DNA of 64,000 bases, from the NCBI RefSeq assembly GCF_009914755.1, contig NC_060947.1. One strand, written 5' to 3'. Position numbers and translations under genes: made by a program. Below the pieces are notes generated by a model. The model saw nothing but the letters and a program-made list of their open reading frames with translations. It did no database searches and was not told where the DNA came from. This DNA is from the human T2T-CHM13v2.0 reference genome, Homo sapiens. Numbering within the stretch: the stretch's first letter is position 1; each line of letters begins with the position of its first letter. Below, in pieces: positions 29,088 through 43,470 of the stretch.

Positions 29088-31491
29088 TGAATACCCTTTC
29101 TAAAATTGCAATCCTCCCTCTTAACTCATCCCAAACACTTATTCAGTTCTCTAGATTCAATTTGTTTCCATAGTATTTATCACCATGTCAACCAAAATTA
29201 AGACTGGTTAGGCAAAAATAAAAGGATAAATGTTTATTGGAAGCCAAATGTGAGGACTGACCTGGGAGGAGAAACCAACAAAGTTGGGAGTGTTCTGGAG
29301 AGTCTTACAAGTTGGAAGGGTTTTATGAGAGTTTAGAACAAGAGAGAACTTTTTATATGGCAGTTGTCGTTTTTTATTAGAGGATACAATACGGAGGTTA
29401 GAATCATTGTACCAAATTGCAACATACAGACTAAAATGTCCATGTGCAAAACAACCAGTAAAATTTCATGATTTAAAAATAAATCAGCAAACTTTTCAAT
29501 GTTGGTACATTACATATTAATCCATATGTAAACAATTTGTGGAATGCAGGATAAGACACTTTACTGAGGGACAGGATGGCAACAGAAATCACAAGACCTC
29601 CCCCAGGTGAGTTCATTTGGAAGCCTACCAAAGGTGATTTGGAAGTTAACCATTAAATCTACTGCACCTTTAAGTTTGTTTCATGATTTATTGTGTGCCT
29701 ACCCTTTACCTCACTAGAATGTAAGTTCCACCTAGGGAGGAAATGTGTTCAATATTGTATCCTCAGAGCCCAGGACAGTGCCTGGCACACAATACATGCT
29801 CAGTATTCATTTATGGAATGAATAAAGAACTGCCAGTTCTATGGTCCTAGTATTTGGAGCTTCTCTGGTACTAAAGTCTCATGGAATTTTCAATCTTTCC
29901 AAACACCCAACAGCCAAAGTTTGAATGCTCCCACTATCTTCTAATTGTTGGCTCCTGGACCAGGTAAGCATCTGAGTTTTAAAGGGACTCCAAAGGCCTG
30001 CTTTCCCAGCTTCTGGTTTGTGCTCCTCACATCCTGGGTAAGTGAGCATGGCAGGGCTCTAGCCACCCAGGGCTATCTGAACACTCTCTCTTGTCAGGAG
30101 GCAGCTGTGACCTTTCCCTGATGCCCTGTTTCTTTTTCCATCTTGTTTGGATATGCAAGTTAACACAGTAGTCCTTGCAAGGTGGAATCTAACAGCCTAA
30201 TTGTACCTGTTGGGATTTGGGGTTTCCTTCTCCTGAGGCCCATCTCTGAGCCCCCATCACCTTGGCTGCAGTGCCCACACTTGCCCACAGTCTCCCGTAT
30301 CTGACTTCAGTCTTCCCAACTGGGGCTTGGAATTGCAGCTCTCCAATACAACTACTCAAGACTCAGTGCTGAGGCTTATGAACAGTTAAACTTTTATTTA
30401 AAATTCTCTACTTAGAAATCCCCTTCCAAAGTATTATGGTTCAGATAGAACTGGCAGAAGATGAGGTAGCCATTTGGTGAGTTTCCTAGGGGTTGGTAAA
30501 TAATAAAAGAATGCTGTGTGAATGAGTGACAAATCACTATAATGATGACTTACTTTTCAAATGATCCCCTATGTAATGCCCACACATTAATTAAACTAAT
30601 CACCTCGTTAAGGCGCCTATGAGTTTTTGCTTTCTAAACTTGATCCAGAGAGGTGATGCCGAACTGTTTTGTCAGCTACCCAAAGAGCCATCTAGGATCT
30701 CGGTGTACCCCCAAAAAGTTTAAGAAGACTAATGGGTGAAACCCACTGTGAGGTCTGTGGTCATTAGTATACTCCTCCAGGTCCCAGAATATCCTCAGGT
30801 CAAATTAGGATTTGGAAAGGAGCCAGGAAGGGTAAGGCTTTCTTGTTACCAAAGGGCATAGGCTGTGATGAGTTTGGAAAAGTGTGAGAAGGATCACCTG
30901 CTGGATCCATCTATAGTGCCTTAGGCTGGCCACGGGAGGAATGTAGAAGTAAAATGGGACTGGAGGTGAGCTGGAGCCCTGCAAGATGTCATGAACCGAG
31001 TGCTTCCAGAAAGAACTCCAGAGCAGACTGCTTTGTCGCACTCCAGGATGACAACTGTGACACTTAGTGCCCTTTGTTGGAGAGAAACGACGGATGGGGA
31101 GAATGCTAACTCTAGGATGCCTAAAAGTGTTGCAGGGCTAGAGCAGCTAGGGGGTCTCACAGCACCCCACCAACAGCCTCTTCTGGAGGCATTTCCAGGG
31201 TCTAGCATATCCCACAGCAGCCTCCTGTGTGGTTACACACCACAGAGGATGGAGGCAATCCTGACCAGGGTAGGGCAGAGCAGATGGGGGCCTTCCTGTG
31301 CCCATACATGGGAAGGTCCTGACTGTCTCTAGATGTCCTGAGCCTGCCCACTGAGGGACTGATGTGAGGCCTGTCAGCCATGGTCCTGCTCTCCTAAGAG
31401 ACCTCTCTGTTCCACCAGCTATGACTGAAACCCTGCACTTAACTTCAGCTTCCTTGGCAAGGGGCTGACCTCCTGCATGCTTCTTGAAAGC

Positions 31492-31869
31492 TGTATTAGT
31501 CCATTTTCATGCTGCTGATAAGGACTTACCCAAGACCTGGCAATTTAAAAAAGAAAGGGGTTTAATTGGACTTACAGTTCCACATGGCTAGGGAGGCCTC
31601 ACAATGATGGCGGAAGGCAAAAAGGAGCAAGTCACATCTTACGTGGATGACGGCAGGCAAAGAGAGCTTGTGCAGGGCAACTCTCATTTTTTAAAAACCA
31701 TGAGATCTCGTGAGACTCATTCACTATCACGAGAACAGCATAGGGTAACTGCCCCCATGATTCAATTATCTCAAACCGTGTCCCTCTCACAACACATGGG
31801 AATTATGGGAATTATGGGAGTACAATTCAGAAGGAGATTTGTGTGGGGACACAGAGCCAAACCATATCA
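31492..31869 (-). mobile_element. THE1 solo LTR
   Basis: TGTATTAGTCCATTTTCATGCTGCTG...GCCAAACCATATCA. Confidence 0.88.
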
Positions 31870-33029
31870 CCAGCTCTTCCCTGTGCCAATTACCCTGTCA
31901 GCTTTTCCTGAGCAAATAAGGAGTCCTGGGTCTCCTTTTATCCTTGATCCCAGGGCTGGAGCTGAACATAGGGATAGCGGGGGCTAGTGGCAGGATGCTT
32001 GTTATGTCCCAAGGGAAATCCACAAAATAGCATCAGAGGACAAAGCCAAGGTTGCCCATCACTCAGACTGAGGGTCAGTGCAAACAAGCCCTGCAGACAC
32101 TGACACCTACGTGGATGCAGTGAGAGTCCACATGTCTCATGAGCACTGCGCTCCGTCCTACTTGCCCCACCATGTATCTGGTTGCCAGCCTGCTCAGTGG
32201 AGTTGGCTCGAAGGAAATTGTTGAGTCATCTAATCTGCTGAGAATAAAAGAGACCAGGCCAGGCAGGTACACAGCAAGGCAGGGCACATGTCTGGACATA
32301 ATAGCAGCCTCTGGAAGACTGGACTTCTGATATCCATGTCAAATGGTTGCTGTAGCTTAGCCTGGGCAACTGCACTTGGGCCATGAGCTGCCAGGGTACC
32401 CTAAAGGTCAATGGAAGTCTTCCTGGAGGCTGGACTTCCTGGCATATATTTGAGGTTCTAAGCCTGCTTCAGGCTCCACCATCTTCTCACTTGATTTATC
32501 TCTGGGATCCCTTTGTTTTATTTGTGTGTAATGCATTTTATCTTGCTGTGTTACGTACTTCTTTGTAGCCTGCTCCAAATATTTTCTGAATGAAGCAGGA
32601 GTGAAAAAAAGGGGGAGGAAAATAGTGAGCGAAGTCCCTTCTCAATCCCACTTAACTCTTTAATGTCTTCACCTAATCTGCATTCCCCTCTGGATCCCCA
32701 GTGTTCTGTTAATGGAGCACAAGCTCATTGCAGGGGTCGCGGTTCTGAACTGCAGCCCATCTGGAGCTCTCAATGCAGAAACTTGTCCATCTTCACACCC
32801 TTTATCCTAGGACCCACCTCTCCTCCACAGCATTTGTCTCCATGTCATATGGATAGAACAGGAGAGAGGCCATTGGGTAGGATTCTGTTTCAAGCTTTCA
32901 CTGGCACCACCACTTGGCTCCTTTAAGATCAGTCCTAGGGGCATATTGATAGGGCAATAGTTAGCAGTGGAAGATGGCTGGCACTCCCTTGTTTGTGGGT
33001 TGCAGCTCAACCCAGTACAGAGACAGGGC

Positions 33030-33245
33030 TTTGAACCCATAAGAAAGTAAGTTTGAATATTAGCTCTGTCGCTTATAAGCCCATACATCAAGTATCCTTT
33101 ATGTACTTCAGTTTTTTCATCTGTAAAATGGGAGTAATAATAGTACAACTTCAGAGTGTTTATGTGAGCATCATATAACATGCCACTTGTATGTAAAATG
33201 TTTGGCCCTAATAATGTGGTCATTAATAAGTGGCTATTATTATTG
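33030..33245 (+). repeat. MIR (a second copy lies at ~19360-19560)
   Basis: Core CTTCAGTTTTTTCATCTGTAAAATGGGAGTAATAATAGTAC. Confidence 0.75.
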
Positions 33246-35035
33246 TGTGCCCATGATGTACCTTCCCCCATATTTTAATATTCCTGAACCTGTATATGTC
33301 TTATGATCCACATGTGCATTAATTAACGCATTTATTTTCTTTTCCCCTTGAAAATCTGTTACCTTGGATTGTTTAATCCCACATCTTTGAGCTGTATAGA
33401 CATGATATAACTTGTTCTAGTCCTGCTTGGGGCAATAACCAGGGCTATTGAACCAGGACCTAGATCAACACATAGGTCTGTGAGAGTTGCTTTGAAGAAT
33501 TCCTCCAGGCTCACCCTCCCTGCATCCAATCTCACACCCCAGAGCTCTGCAAGGGAGAGTCCTCCAGGTGAACACACTGAATGCCAAAGAAAAGGTCCCA
33601 CACTGTGCCTGACCCTGGCTGCCCAGGTTCACATCTCTGAGGAGTACTAGAGCCACATTCCAAATTCTCCACACCACTGCTTGCACTTCATTGGGATGGC
33701 TCAATGGTTATTTTAAAAAGTACATTGTTCCTTGCACAAATGTTTTTGTATTTTGAAAAAGCCTAGAGTTACCTACTTTCCAAGTATAAATCTCTTTTTG
33801 TGCCTAACATGTTGTCAATTTTCTTTTCTCCCTATCTTAAATTTAAAGGAGCAGATAAAGGCAATCTTATGTGCCCAGAAAGAAGAGAACCAAATATTTG
33901 TGACCAGCCCTGATATGCACAACTGAGGTCATTTTAGAGGAGGAAGCTGAGGCCCCTTTTCTCCATCTGCTTGTCATTGCTCTAGTCTAGGCCTGCTCTT
34001 ATCCTGTGGGAATCCTCAACCCTGGACATTCCAGCCTCTTAACAGTTACTGTATGACAATAGCAACACAAAGAAGTAGGGAGAGAATGGAACTGTATGTG
34101 AACAAACCCATTGTATACTATTTTAATTAAGTTGGTATTAATTTAAATAGATTGGTACAAGTTAAACTATCAATTGTAGTCCCCAGGACAACTGCTAAGA
34201 AAATAATACCTTAAATGGCAATGGGATTAAAATGGTAGACTAGAAAAACATATATTTTTCACAAAGGAAGGTAGCATTGAAAATATAAAGAAGGAAAAAT
34301 ACGTATGTAATATAAAGAGTAAATCACTGACTACAACACAGAAATATTACCTTACCAGTAATCTTAAATGTAAATGGATTAATCACCTCGATTAAAGTCA
34401 GAGATTGGGGAAATATATTTTGGAATCCTGTTCTAACTATATACTGATTATTTATAAGAGATTTATATAGATGTATACATCTAAATACATAAATAGGATG
34501 AAAGTAAGTATATGGGAAAAGATATATCATACAAGCAGTAACCAAAAGAGAGCTGGAATGGCTATGCTAATACCAGACAAAATAGACTTTAAAATAAAAG
34601 TTGTTACTAGAGAAAAAGAAAGATATTTTATAATGATGATAAAAGTTTTAGTCTATCAAAAATATGAAACATTATAAACATATATGTACCTAATAACACA
34701 GACCCCAAAATATAGAAAGAAAGAATTAAAGAGAGAAATAAATAATTCAACAATAATTATTGGAGACTTTAAACCCTAATTTCAATAAAGGTATAACAAG
34801 ATAGAAGGTCGCCATGACTATAGAATATTTCAACAACAATATAAACCAGCCAGACCTAACCCCCAATTATAGAACACAGCACCCAAAACAGCGGAATATT
34901 TTTCTCAAGTATACATGGATCACCTTTCAGGATAAACAATATGTAAGCCCACAAAACAAGTCTCAATAAATATAAGGGGATTGAGATTGTACAAAGTACT
35001 TTATCTGTCTGCAATGGAATAAAATATGAAATTAA

Positions 35036-36502
35036 CATCATGCTACCTGACTTCAAACTATACTACAAGGCTACGGTAACCAAAACAGCATGGTACTGGT
35101 ACCAAAACAGAGATATAGATCAATGGAACAGAACAGAGCCCTCAGAAATAACGCCGCATATCTACAACTATCTCATCTTGGACAAACTTGAGAAAAACAA
35201 GCAATGGGGAAAGGATTCCCTATTTAATAAATGGTGCTGGGAAAACTGGCTAGCCATATGTAGAAGGCTGAAACTGGATCCCTTCCTTACACCTTATACA
35301 AAAATTAATTCAAGATGGATTAAAGACTTAAACGTTAGACCTAAAACCATAAAAACCCTAGAAGAAAACCTAGGCATTACCATTCAGGACATAGGCATGG
35401 ACAAGGACTTCATGTCTAAAACACCAAAAGCAATGGCAACAAAAGACGAAATTGACAAATGGGATCTAATTAAACTAAAGAGCTTCTGCACAGCAAAAGA
35501 AACTACCATCAGAGTGAACAGGCAACCTACAAAATGGGAGAAAATTTTCACAACCTACTCATCTGACAAAGGGCTAATATCCAGAATCTACAATGAACTT
35601 AAACAAATTTACAAGAAAAAAACAAACAACCCCATCAAAAAGTGGGTGAAGGATATGAACAGACACTTCTCAAAAGAAGACATTTATGCAGCCAAAAAAC
35701 ACATGAAAAAATGCTCACCATCACTGGCCATCAGAGAAATGCAAATCAAAACCACAATGAGATACCATCTCACACCAGTTAGAATGGCAATCATTAAAAA
35801 GTCAGGAAACAACAGGTGCTGGAGAGGATGTGGAGAAATAGGAACACTTTTACACTGTTGGTGGGACTGTAACCTAGTTCAACCCTTGTGGAAGTCAGTG
35901 TGGCGATTCCTCAGGGATCTGGAACTAGAAATACCATCTGACCCAGCCATCCCATTACTGGGTATATACCCAAAAGACTATAAATCATGCTGCTATAAAG
36001 ACACATGCACACGTATGTTTATTGCAGCACTATTCACAATAGCAAAGACTTGGAACCAACCCAAATGTCCAACAATGATAGACTGGATTAAGAAAATGTG
36101 GCACATATACACCATGGAATACTATGCAGCCATAAAAAATGATGAGTTCATGTCCTTTGTAGGGACATGGATGAAATTGGAAATCATCATTCTCAGTAAA
36201 CTATCGCAAGAACAAAAAACCAAACACCGCATATTCTCACTCATAGGTGGGAATTGAACAATGAGAACACATGGACACAGGAAGGGGAACATCACACTCT
36301 GGGGACTGTGGTGGGGTCAGGGGAGGGGGGAGGGATAGCTTTAGGAGATATATCTAATGCTAAATGACTAGTTAATGGGTGAAGCACACCAGCATGGCAC
36401 ATGTATACATATGTAACTAACCTGCACAATGTGCACATGTACCCTAAAACTTAAAGTACAATAAAAAAAAAGTTAACATATTTAAATTTCCAAAAAAAAA
36501 AA
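35036..36502 (+). mobile_element. 5'-truncated young L1PA (about PA2-PA3) with ORF2 C-terminus and 3' UTR, inserted in an older L1M
   Basis: Open 405-aa ORF2 C-terminal frame ending ...[11 protein letters not shown]-rich 3' UTR, A-tail, and TSD GAAATTAA (35028-35035 and 36503-36510). Confidence 0.92.
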
Positions 36503-36888
36503 GAAATTAATAACGTTGGTAAATTTCAGATATTCACAAATTTGTGAAAATTAAACTACATACTCCTAAACAACCAACGGGCAAAAGAAAAAATCACAAA
36601 GGAAATTCGAAAATATTTTGAGATAAATGATAATGAAGATATATATACACACATGGTCATGTACAAATGAACACCAGCTCATCGCATAGTTCAAGTGCAC
36701 TAGCTTGCATTGTTGATTGCACAGTTTTAGAGAGACATGTTGATGACCCTATTTTGCCACTTCCAGAGACCAGATGTACTGTGCAATTAACCAGAAAACA
36801 CTGATTTATAAAGCATGAAAATAAGAATCTCTTCTGAGCTTATAACTAAACATATCTAAACTATAATAAACATTAAATTCCAAGGACT

Positions 36889-37273
36889 TGATATGGTTTG
36901 GATCTGCATCCCCACCCAAATCTCATTTCGAATTGTAATCCCTACATGTCAGGGGAAGGACCATGTGGGATGTCATCAGATCATGGGGGAGGGTCCCCCC
37001 ATGCTGTTCTCAAGATAGTGAGTGAGTTCTCATGAGAGCAGATGGTTTTAAAGTGTAGCACTTCCTCATTTGCGCAAACCCTCCATCCTGCAGCCTTATG
37101 AAGAAGGTGCCTGCTTCCCCTTAGTCTTCCACCATGATTGAAAGTTTCCTGAGGCCTTCTAGCCATGCTTCCTGTTAGGCCTGCAAAACTGTGAGTCAAT
37201 TAAACTTTTTTCCTTTATAATTACTCAGTTTCAGGTAATATTCTTTATAGTGGTGTGAGAATGGACTAATACA
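36889..37273 (+). mobile_element. MST-type MaLR solo LTR
   Basis: TGATATGGTTTGGATC...GGACTAATACA with TSD GGACT on both sides. Confidence 0.88.
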
Positions 37274-38944
37274 GGACTACAGCTGTGCCTGAACAGGTTA
37301 CATCAAAAATAATAATAAAAAAACTACTCCAAAAGATGAACAATGGCTACCTCTGCCAAATGGAAGAGTTTAGATGGGCTGCCTTCTCAAGTTGGGAACA
37401 CAATCCTGTACATACGTGCTTACCAGTGCCACACCATAGATTTACAAGTCAGCATGGGTAACCCAATCAGAGACTATAAAATACCCCTCAATAAATACTT
37501 TGTTGCACAGCTTCAATAAGTGTGCTTATCTGACAGCCTAATATCTCTTTCAGGGACTAACTTTACAGCTGAAGTCACAATCTTCTAGGGGTGGCCACCA
37601 ATCAATGATTAGGCAATGCAGTTTTAGTCAAGAACATACACTTCTCAGAAAGGCCACCAGCCAATGACTGAGCAAGTCGAGGGTAAAATGGCTTAGAAAG
37701 TCCCATAAAAGGGACCCCTCCTCCAAGCAATCTTTGCTTCAGAGCTCCAAATTGGACTAGCAAAGACTTTGTGAGATCTGCCCAAAAGACAAGAGGGAGA
37801 AATTGGGTATGTGCAATTGTTAAGTACTTACATGACATGCGAAATAATATATTATTTGAAGGTAGATTGTGATTAAGTAGAGATTACATTGTAAACTTTA
37901 GGGCAACCACAAAAAATTCACTAAAAGAGATATACATAATTAGGCAACAATGAAGATAAAATGGAATAATAGAAAAATGAGTGCCTATTCACAATAGCAA
38001 AGACATGGAATCAACCCAAATGCCCATCAATGATAGACTATATAAATAAAATGTGGTACATGTACACCATGGAATACTATTCAGCCATAAAAAGGAATGA
38101 GATAATGTCCTTTGCAGTGACATGAATAGAGCTGCAAGCCATTATCCTCAGCAAACTAATGCAGGAACAGGAAACCAAACATCACATGTTGTCACTCATA
38201 CGTGGGAGCTAAACAGTGAAAACACAGGGAGGGGAACAACATACAATGGGGCCTGTCGGTGGTGCAAGGGAAAGAGAGCAACAGGAAAAATAGCTAATGC
38301 ATGCTGAGTTTAATACCCAGAAAGCTGGGTGGCAGCCTGAGGGCCATCAACTCATGCATTTAATCAGAACAAAGAGGTACGCATCAAGCCTGGAACAAAG
38401 AAATATATTGTCTCACAAGACAATAAGCCCAGCACAGGCTGTGAGGGCTCTTTATCTCCCAAGAAGAAAATGTTCCAGGTACAAGGCCCATCTTATGCAG
38501 CTGAGCAGGTTGGTCAACAGACAGGACATGACTGCCTTTACCAACAATATTAAAAGGAGAATGTATCATTATTGAGATTTGTCTCAGAAATTCAATATTC
38601 ACAAATCAATCTCTGTAATTAACTGTATCAACAGACTAAAGGAAAATGCATTTGATCATATTCAAATGATTAAAAAATTTTTATGATAAAAAGTCTAGAC
38701 AAGTCGAATTAAAAAAGAAATAATTCAACTTGATATAGGACATGAAAAAAAAAAGAAAACCTCTACAGTTAACATCATACTTAATGATGGACTGGATAAA
38801 AAGCTGGGATGTCAATTCTGACCAATCCTACCAACATCTCTGTGAAAGTCCAGACCAATGTAATAAAGCAAGAACAAGATATTAAAGACATACTGACAGG
38901 AAAAGAAAAAAATGAAACCATCTCTATCTGCAGATGACATTGAT

Positions 38945-39390
38945 TGTATTTGTCCCTTTTCACACTGTTATAAAAAAATACCCAAGACTGAGTAATTTAG
39001 ACAGGAAAGAGGTTTAATTGATTAATAGTTCCACGTGGCTGAGGAGGACTCAGAAAACTTACAATCATGGCAGAAGGGGAAGCAAACATGTCCGTCTTCA
39101 CAAGGTGGCAGGAAAGAAAAGTGCAGTGCGAAGGGGGAAGAGCCCCTTATAAAACAATCAGATCTTGTGAAAACTCAGTCAGTATCATGAGAACAGCATG
39201 CACCTGCAGGCCCAATACCACCTGGAAACCACCAAGGCTTGGGGCTTGCACTTTCTGAAGCAATGGCCTGAGCAGTACATTGGCCCCTTTTAGCCATGGC
39301 TGGGATGCAGGGCACCAAGTTTTGAGATTGCACAAAGCAGCAAGGCCCTGGGCCTGGCACACAAAACCATTTTTTTTTCCTTAGGCCTCA
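38945..39390. mobile_element. Rearranged THE1/MST fragments (partial LTR on minus, internal piece on plus)
   Basis: LTR-like sequence at 38945-39200 abuts the internal motif CTTGCACTTTCTGAAGCAATGGCCTGAGC in the opposite orientation. Confidence 0.65.
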
Positions 39391-40884
39391 AGCCAGCCGG
39401 GAGTCCTGAATTCCTAGCCTTCCCACCCCTAGGAACCCCCTACCCCTGGTAGGGGCGAAAGCATCTGATGTCAAAAAGACTCAAGGGCATCATGGACCTT
39501 CCATATGGGTACAGGACTGCAGGACGTCCATCAGCCTCGAAAAGACCTCTCCACTGCCTTTCAGTTGCTAGCTTCTCAGACTCATAGGCCCAGGCGAATT
39601 ACAATGGGGCTGCCGCTGGCCTGGGAAGAGCAAAAACTGTGGGGCCTTGCACGTAGCAGGAAAAGACTGGAAGGAGACTCAAGACCATGACAACTCCTTT
39701 CTGTGAGGAGCCCTGAGAGGGTGAATCGGTAATGATGGAGGGTGCCAAGTGAGAAGAATGTAATGAAGGGATGGTTGTGAAATTTGAGGAGAGAGGCGGT
39801 GAGGTCAGGGAAGAGATGTGGGGTCCTCAGGAGGGTGTTGAATAGGGAGAGGGCACAGGGTCAAGGGGTGTGGTGCTTGGGGTCTGCAGAGGATGTGGGG
39901 TCAGGAAAGGGTCTTAGGATTTCAGGTGTGGGGACACACAGTGAGGTCCCAGGAGTGGGGCCCATTGAAGTGGAGGCTCTGTTCTATCTGCAGTCTTGGT
40001 CCACACTCCTTAAGATTAACCAGAGAAACACGTAGAGGACAACAAGATAGTGAATATGGACAGAGCAGTGAAGATGCCAGTGGCCACGGAAAATACTATT
40101 TCTTCCATGCTGTCTCCAGGGAGTGCTTGCTGCAGTGTTTGATGGAAGGTACAGCAGTAGGAGTGGTGTCAGCTTCGACCTGCCCGAGCAGAGGGACAGT
40201 ACTTGAAGGAAATGCTAGGGCCAGAAGCCATGTAAAAGCTTCCAAATGCACGTGTGTCAGGGCCAGCAGTGGCAGGAGGAGCCAGCAACCCAGACCCTAT
40301 GACTCCTTCTGCGGGGATCAGTCAGATGGCCTTGGCATTGGTCAGACAGGAAGTGAGGTGGGTTAGGACTGAGAACTACCAGGAGTCAGCAGGGCACCAC
40401 CAGCTTGGATCCTGAGTCTGGAAGAAGACCTATACCTGAAGCAGTGCCCCTCCTCCCTCGGATTTGCCCCAGGTCATCCCTAGGAGGCCATCCCATTCTT
40501 CTCCTGCCATCTCAGGAAAGTACATCACAGTGGAGGGCATAAGCCAGACCAGCACCCCCAACCAACCATCATCCCATGCGTGACTTTACACACAGATACT
40601 TTCCTACACACAAAGACCAATTCAAAGCTGCTTGTCACCATCTCTTAAGTGAATCTTTAAGAAGCCTAATGTGGCAGGGCTTCAGGTCAGGGCCACTTGA
40701 TCAAACCCAGCACCTTCTGAATGACCACCAGGGCACACCGAGAATCTGCCTGGAGGAAGCCCAAGCCCTGCCCTGACTGCTTTTTCTCTACTTCACCTTT
40801 CTCTCCTCTTCCAGGAAATAAATTTGCTTATGCTGAGGGTCAGTTGTCACCAGTCTGACTTATTTCTTCCACTCTGTCCTACAA

Positions 40885-41040
40885 CAGTGCTTCTGGACTC
40901 CAGGCAATGCTCCTCCAACCGCATCACCTGGGGGCTAGTTAGGAACCAGCATCTCAGGCCCCACTCAGCCCTAAGCAGTGAGAACCTACATATCAACAAG
41001 ATTCACAGGAGACTCCTGTGCATGTCCCCATGTGCTAATC
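40885..41040. repeat. MER5A-like DNA transposon fossil
   Basis: ATCACCTGGGGGCTAGTTAGGAACCAGCATCTCAGGCCCCAC motif. Confidence 0.6.
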
Positions 41041-42020
41041 CAGACGTGGTGTTTCTTCTTTGTGCCTCTGCCTCAGGGAGTCTGTGACTCACTGAATTCA
41101 GGGTCCTCTGTTCATTAGTCAGGTGGAATCAGGCAGGATGTCCTGACTGGATCCTTTTCAGAATCTTCCGCCAACAAAATCATACCACATAGCAAGAGCT
41201 GCTTTCCACTTTCTGAAGTGGATGCACTTTTTTGCAATTTAACATTCCCAGCAACAATGTATGAGGGCTCTAATTTCTCTACCACCTTGTCAACACATTA
41301 TTGTCATTTTTATTGCAGCCATTGTAGTTAGTATGAAATAGTATCTCATTTAGGTTTTGACTCGCATTTCCCTAGTGACTAACGAAGTTGAGCATCCTTT
41401 CATGTTCTTTTGGCCATTTGTAGATATTCTTTAGGGAAATTTCTGTTCATATTCTTTGCTCATTTTTAATGGTTTGTCATTATATGGTGGTATTGTAAAT
41501 GTTCCTTATGTATTCTGGATACAACTTTCTTATCTGATACATAGCTTGCAACTGTTTTCTCTCAATCTGTGGGTTGTCTCTCTGTCTAGAGGTGCCTTTT
41601 AGAGCACAAAAAGGTTTTTTGTTTTTTTTTTGTTTTTAGTTTGAGGAAATCTAGTTTATCAATTTGTGTTTTTGTGGGGGAAAACTATGCTATAAATTGG
41701 AGGGAAAAATGCAACCTAGCCACAGTATGAGCTCAAGGAAGACATTTTTTGAAAGTTGAAATTGTCACATTATTTTTAGGTGTCAACGATCCAGTAAAGA
41801 GCAAGGATTAGCTAATAAAAGAGAAAAAATGAGACAATTTCAAGAGAAAAATGCTTGAGAAAGAGTCCATTCTAGGCTCTTAGATAGTGCTGGAATGCTT
41901 TGTCTTTTGTCAGAAAAGAAATGACAGAGAATGCAGGCATATTGGTGGCATCAGAGGCGAGATAAAGAGTGAACTGCCATCAAATAGCTTTCGTTTGCCT
42001 TATCAGAAAGGTGGAAAATT

Positions 42021-42380
<360 letters not shown>

Positions 42381-42494
42381 AATCATCAGATACTGTTGAA
42401 GGCTGGAGTGTTTTGGAGATTTGAGAAGATTCGAAATAGATTTTTTGCAGAGTGAGAAAGTGAATTCACTAGAGGAATTGAGCAAGTTGTCTCA

Positions 42495-43470
42495 AATACT
42501 TCAAAGGACATCATCAAAAAATTGAAAAGGCAACTCACAGAATGGGAGAAAACATATGTTAATCATAGGGATAAGGATCTAATATCCAGAATATTAAGAG
42601 AACAGTCACATTTTAACAATTAAAACACATAACCCCATTTAAAATGAGCAAAGGATTTGAATAGACAGTTCTCCAAAGAAGATACATAAATGCCCAATAA
42701 GCACATGAAAAGGTGCTCAACATCGTTAGTCATCAGGGAAACACAAATCAAAATCACAATGAGATACCACTTTACATACACTAGAATGGCAAAAATAAAA
42801 ATGACAGACAATAATAGTATCTCTAAGGATATACAGAAATTAGAATCCTCATACACTACTGCTAGAAATGTAAAATGATGCACCTGCTATGAAAAACATT
42901 TTGGAAGATCCTCAGAAAGTTAAGAATGGAGTGTTACCTTATGACCCAGCCATTCCATTCCTAGTCCTACACCCAAAATAATTGAAAGCAAATAATCAAA
43001 CACTTGTACATGAATGCACATAGACGCATTATTCATAATACCAAAAAGTGGAAATAACCTAAATGTCCATCAAGAGATGAATGTATAAGCAAAATGTATA
43101 TACATACAATGAAATGTCATTCATCCTTAAAAAAATGAAGTGCTGATACACGCTATCACATGAATGAAGTTTAAAAATAATATGGTAAGTGAAAGAAGAC
43201 AAACACACACAAAAAGCTACATGTTGTATGATTACATTATTATGAAGTTCCCAGAATAGGAAAATCTATGGACAAAAAGTAGATTAATTCCTGCCAAGAG
43301 CTAGAAGAAGAGGGAACGGAAAGTGATTGTTAATGAGGAGGTGTTTTCTCTTGGGGATAATGAAAATGTTCTGGAATTTGCTATGGCACAACTTATTAAT
43401 AGTTAAAAATAGTGAAATGATGGAATCATACTTTTGAAGTGGTAAATTTATGGTACATGTATTTTTTTAA
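42495..43470 (+). repeat. L1MB 3' fragment
   Basis: ORF2-like translation [25 protein letters not shown]. Confidence 0.8.

Noticed and set aside
35040-36257. 405-aa ORF as a host gene or active L1
   Set aside because: 5'-truncated L1 ORF2 C-terminus with no promoter, ORF1, endonuclease or RT core.
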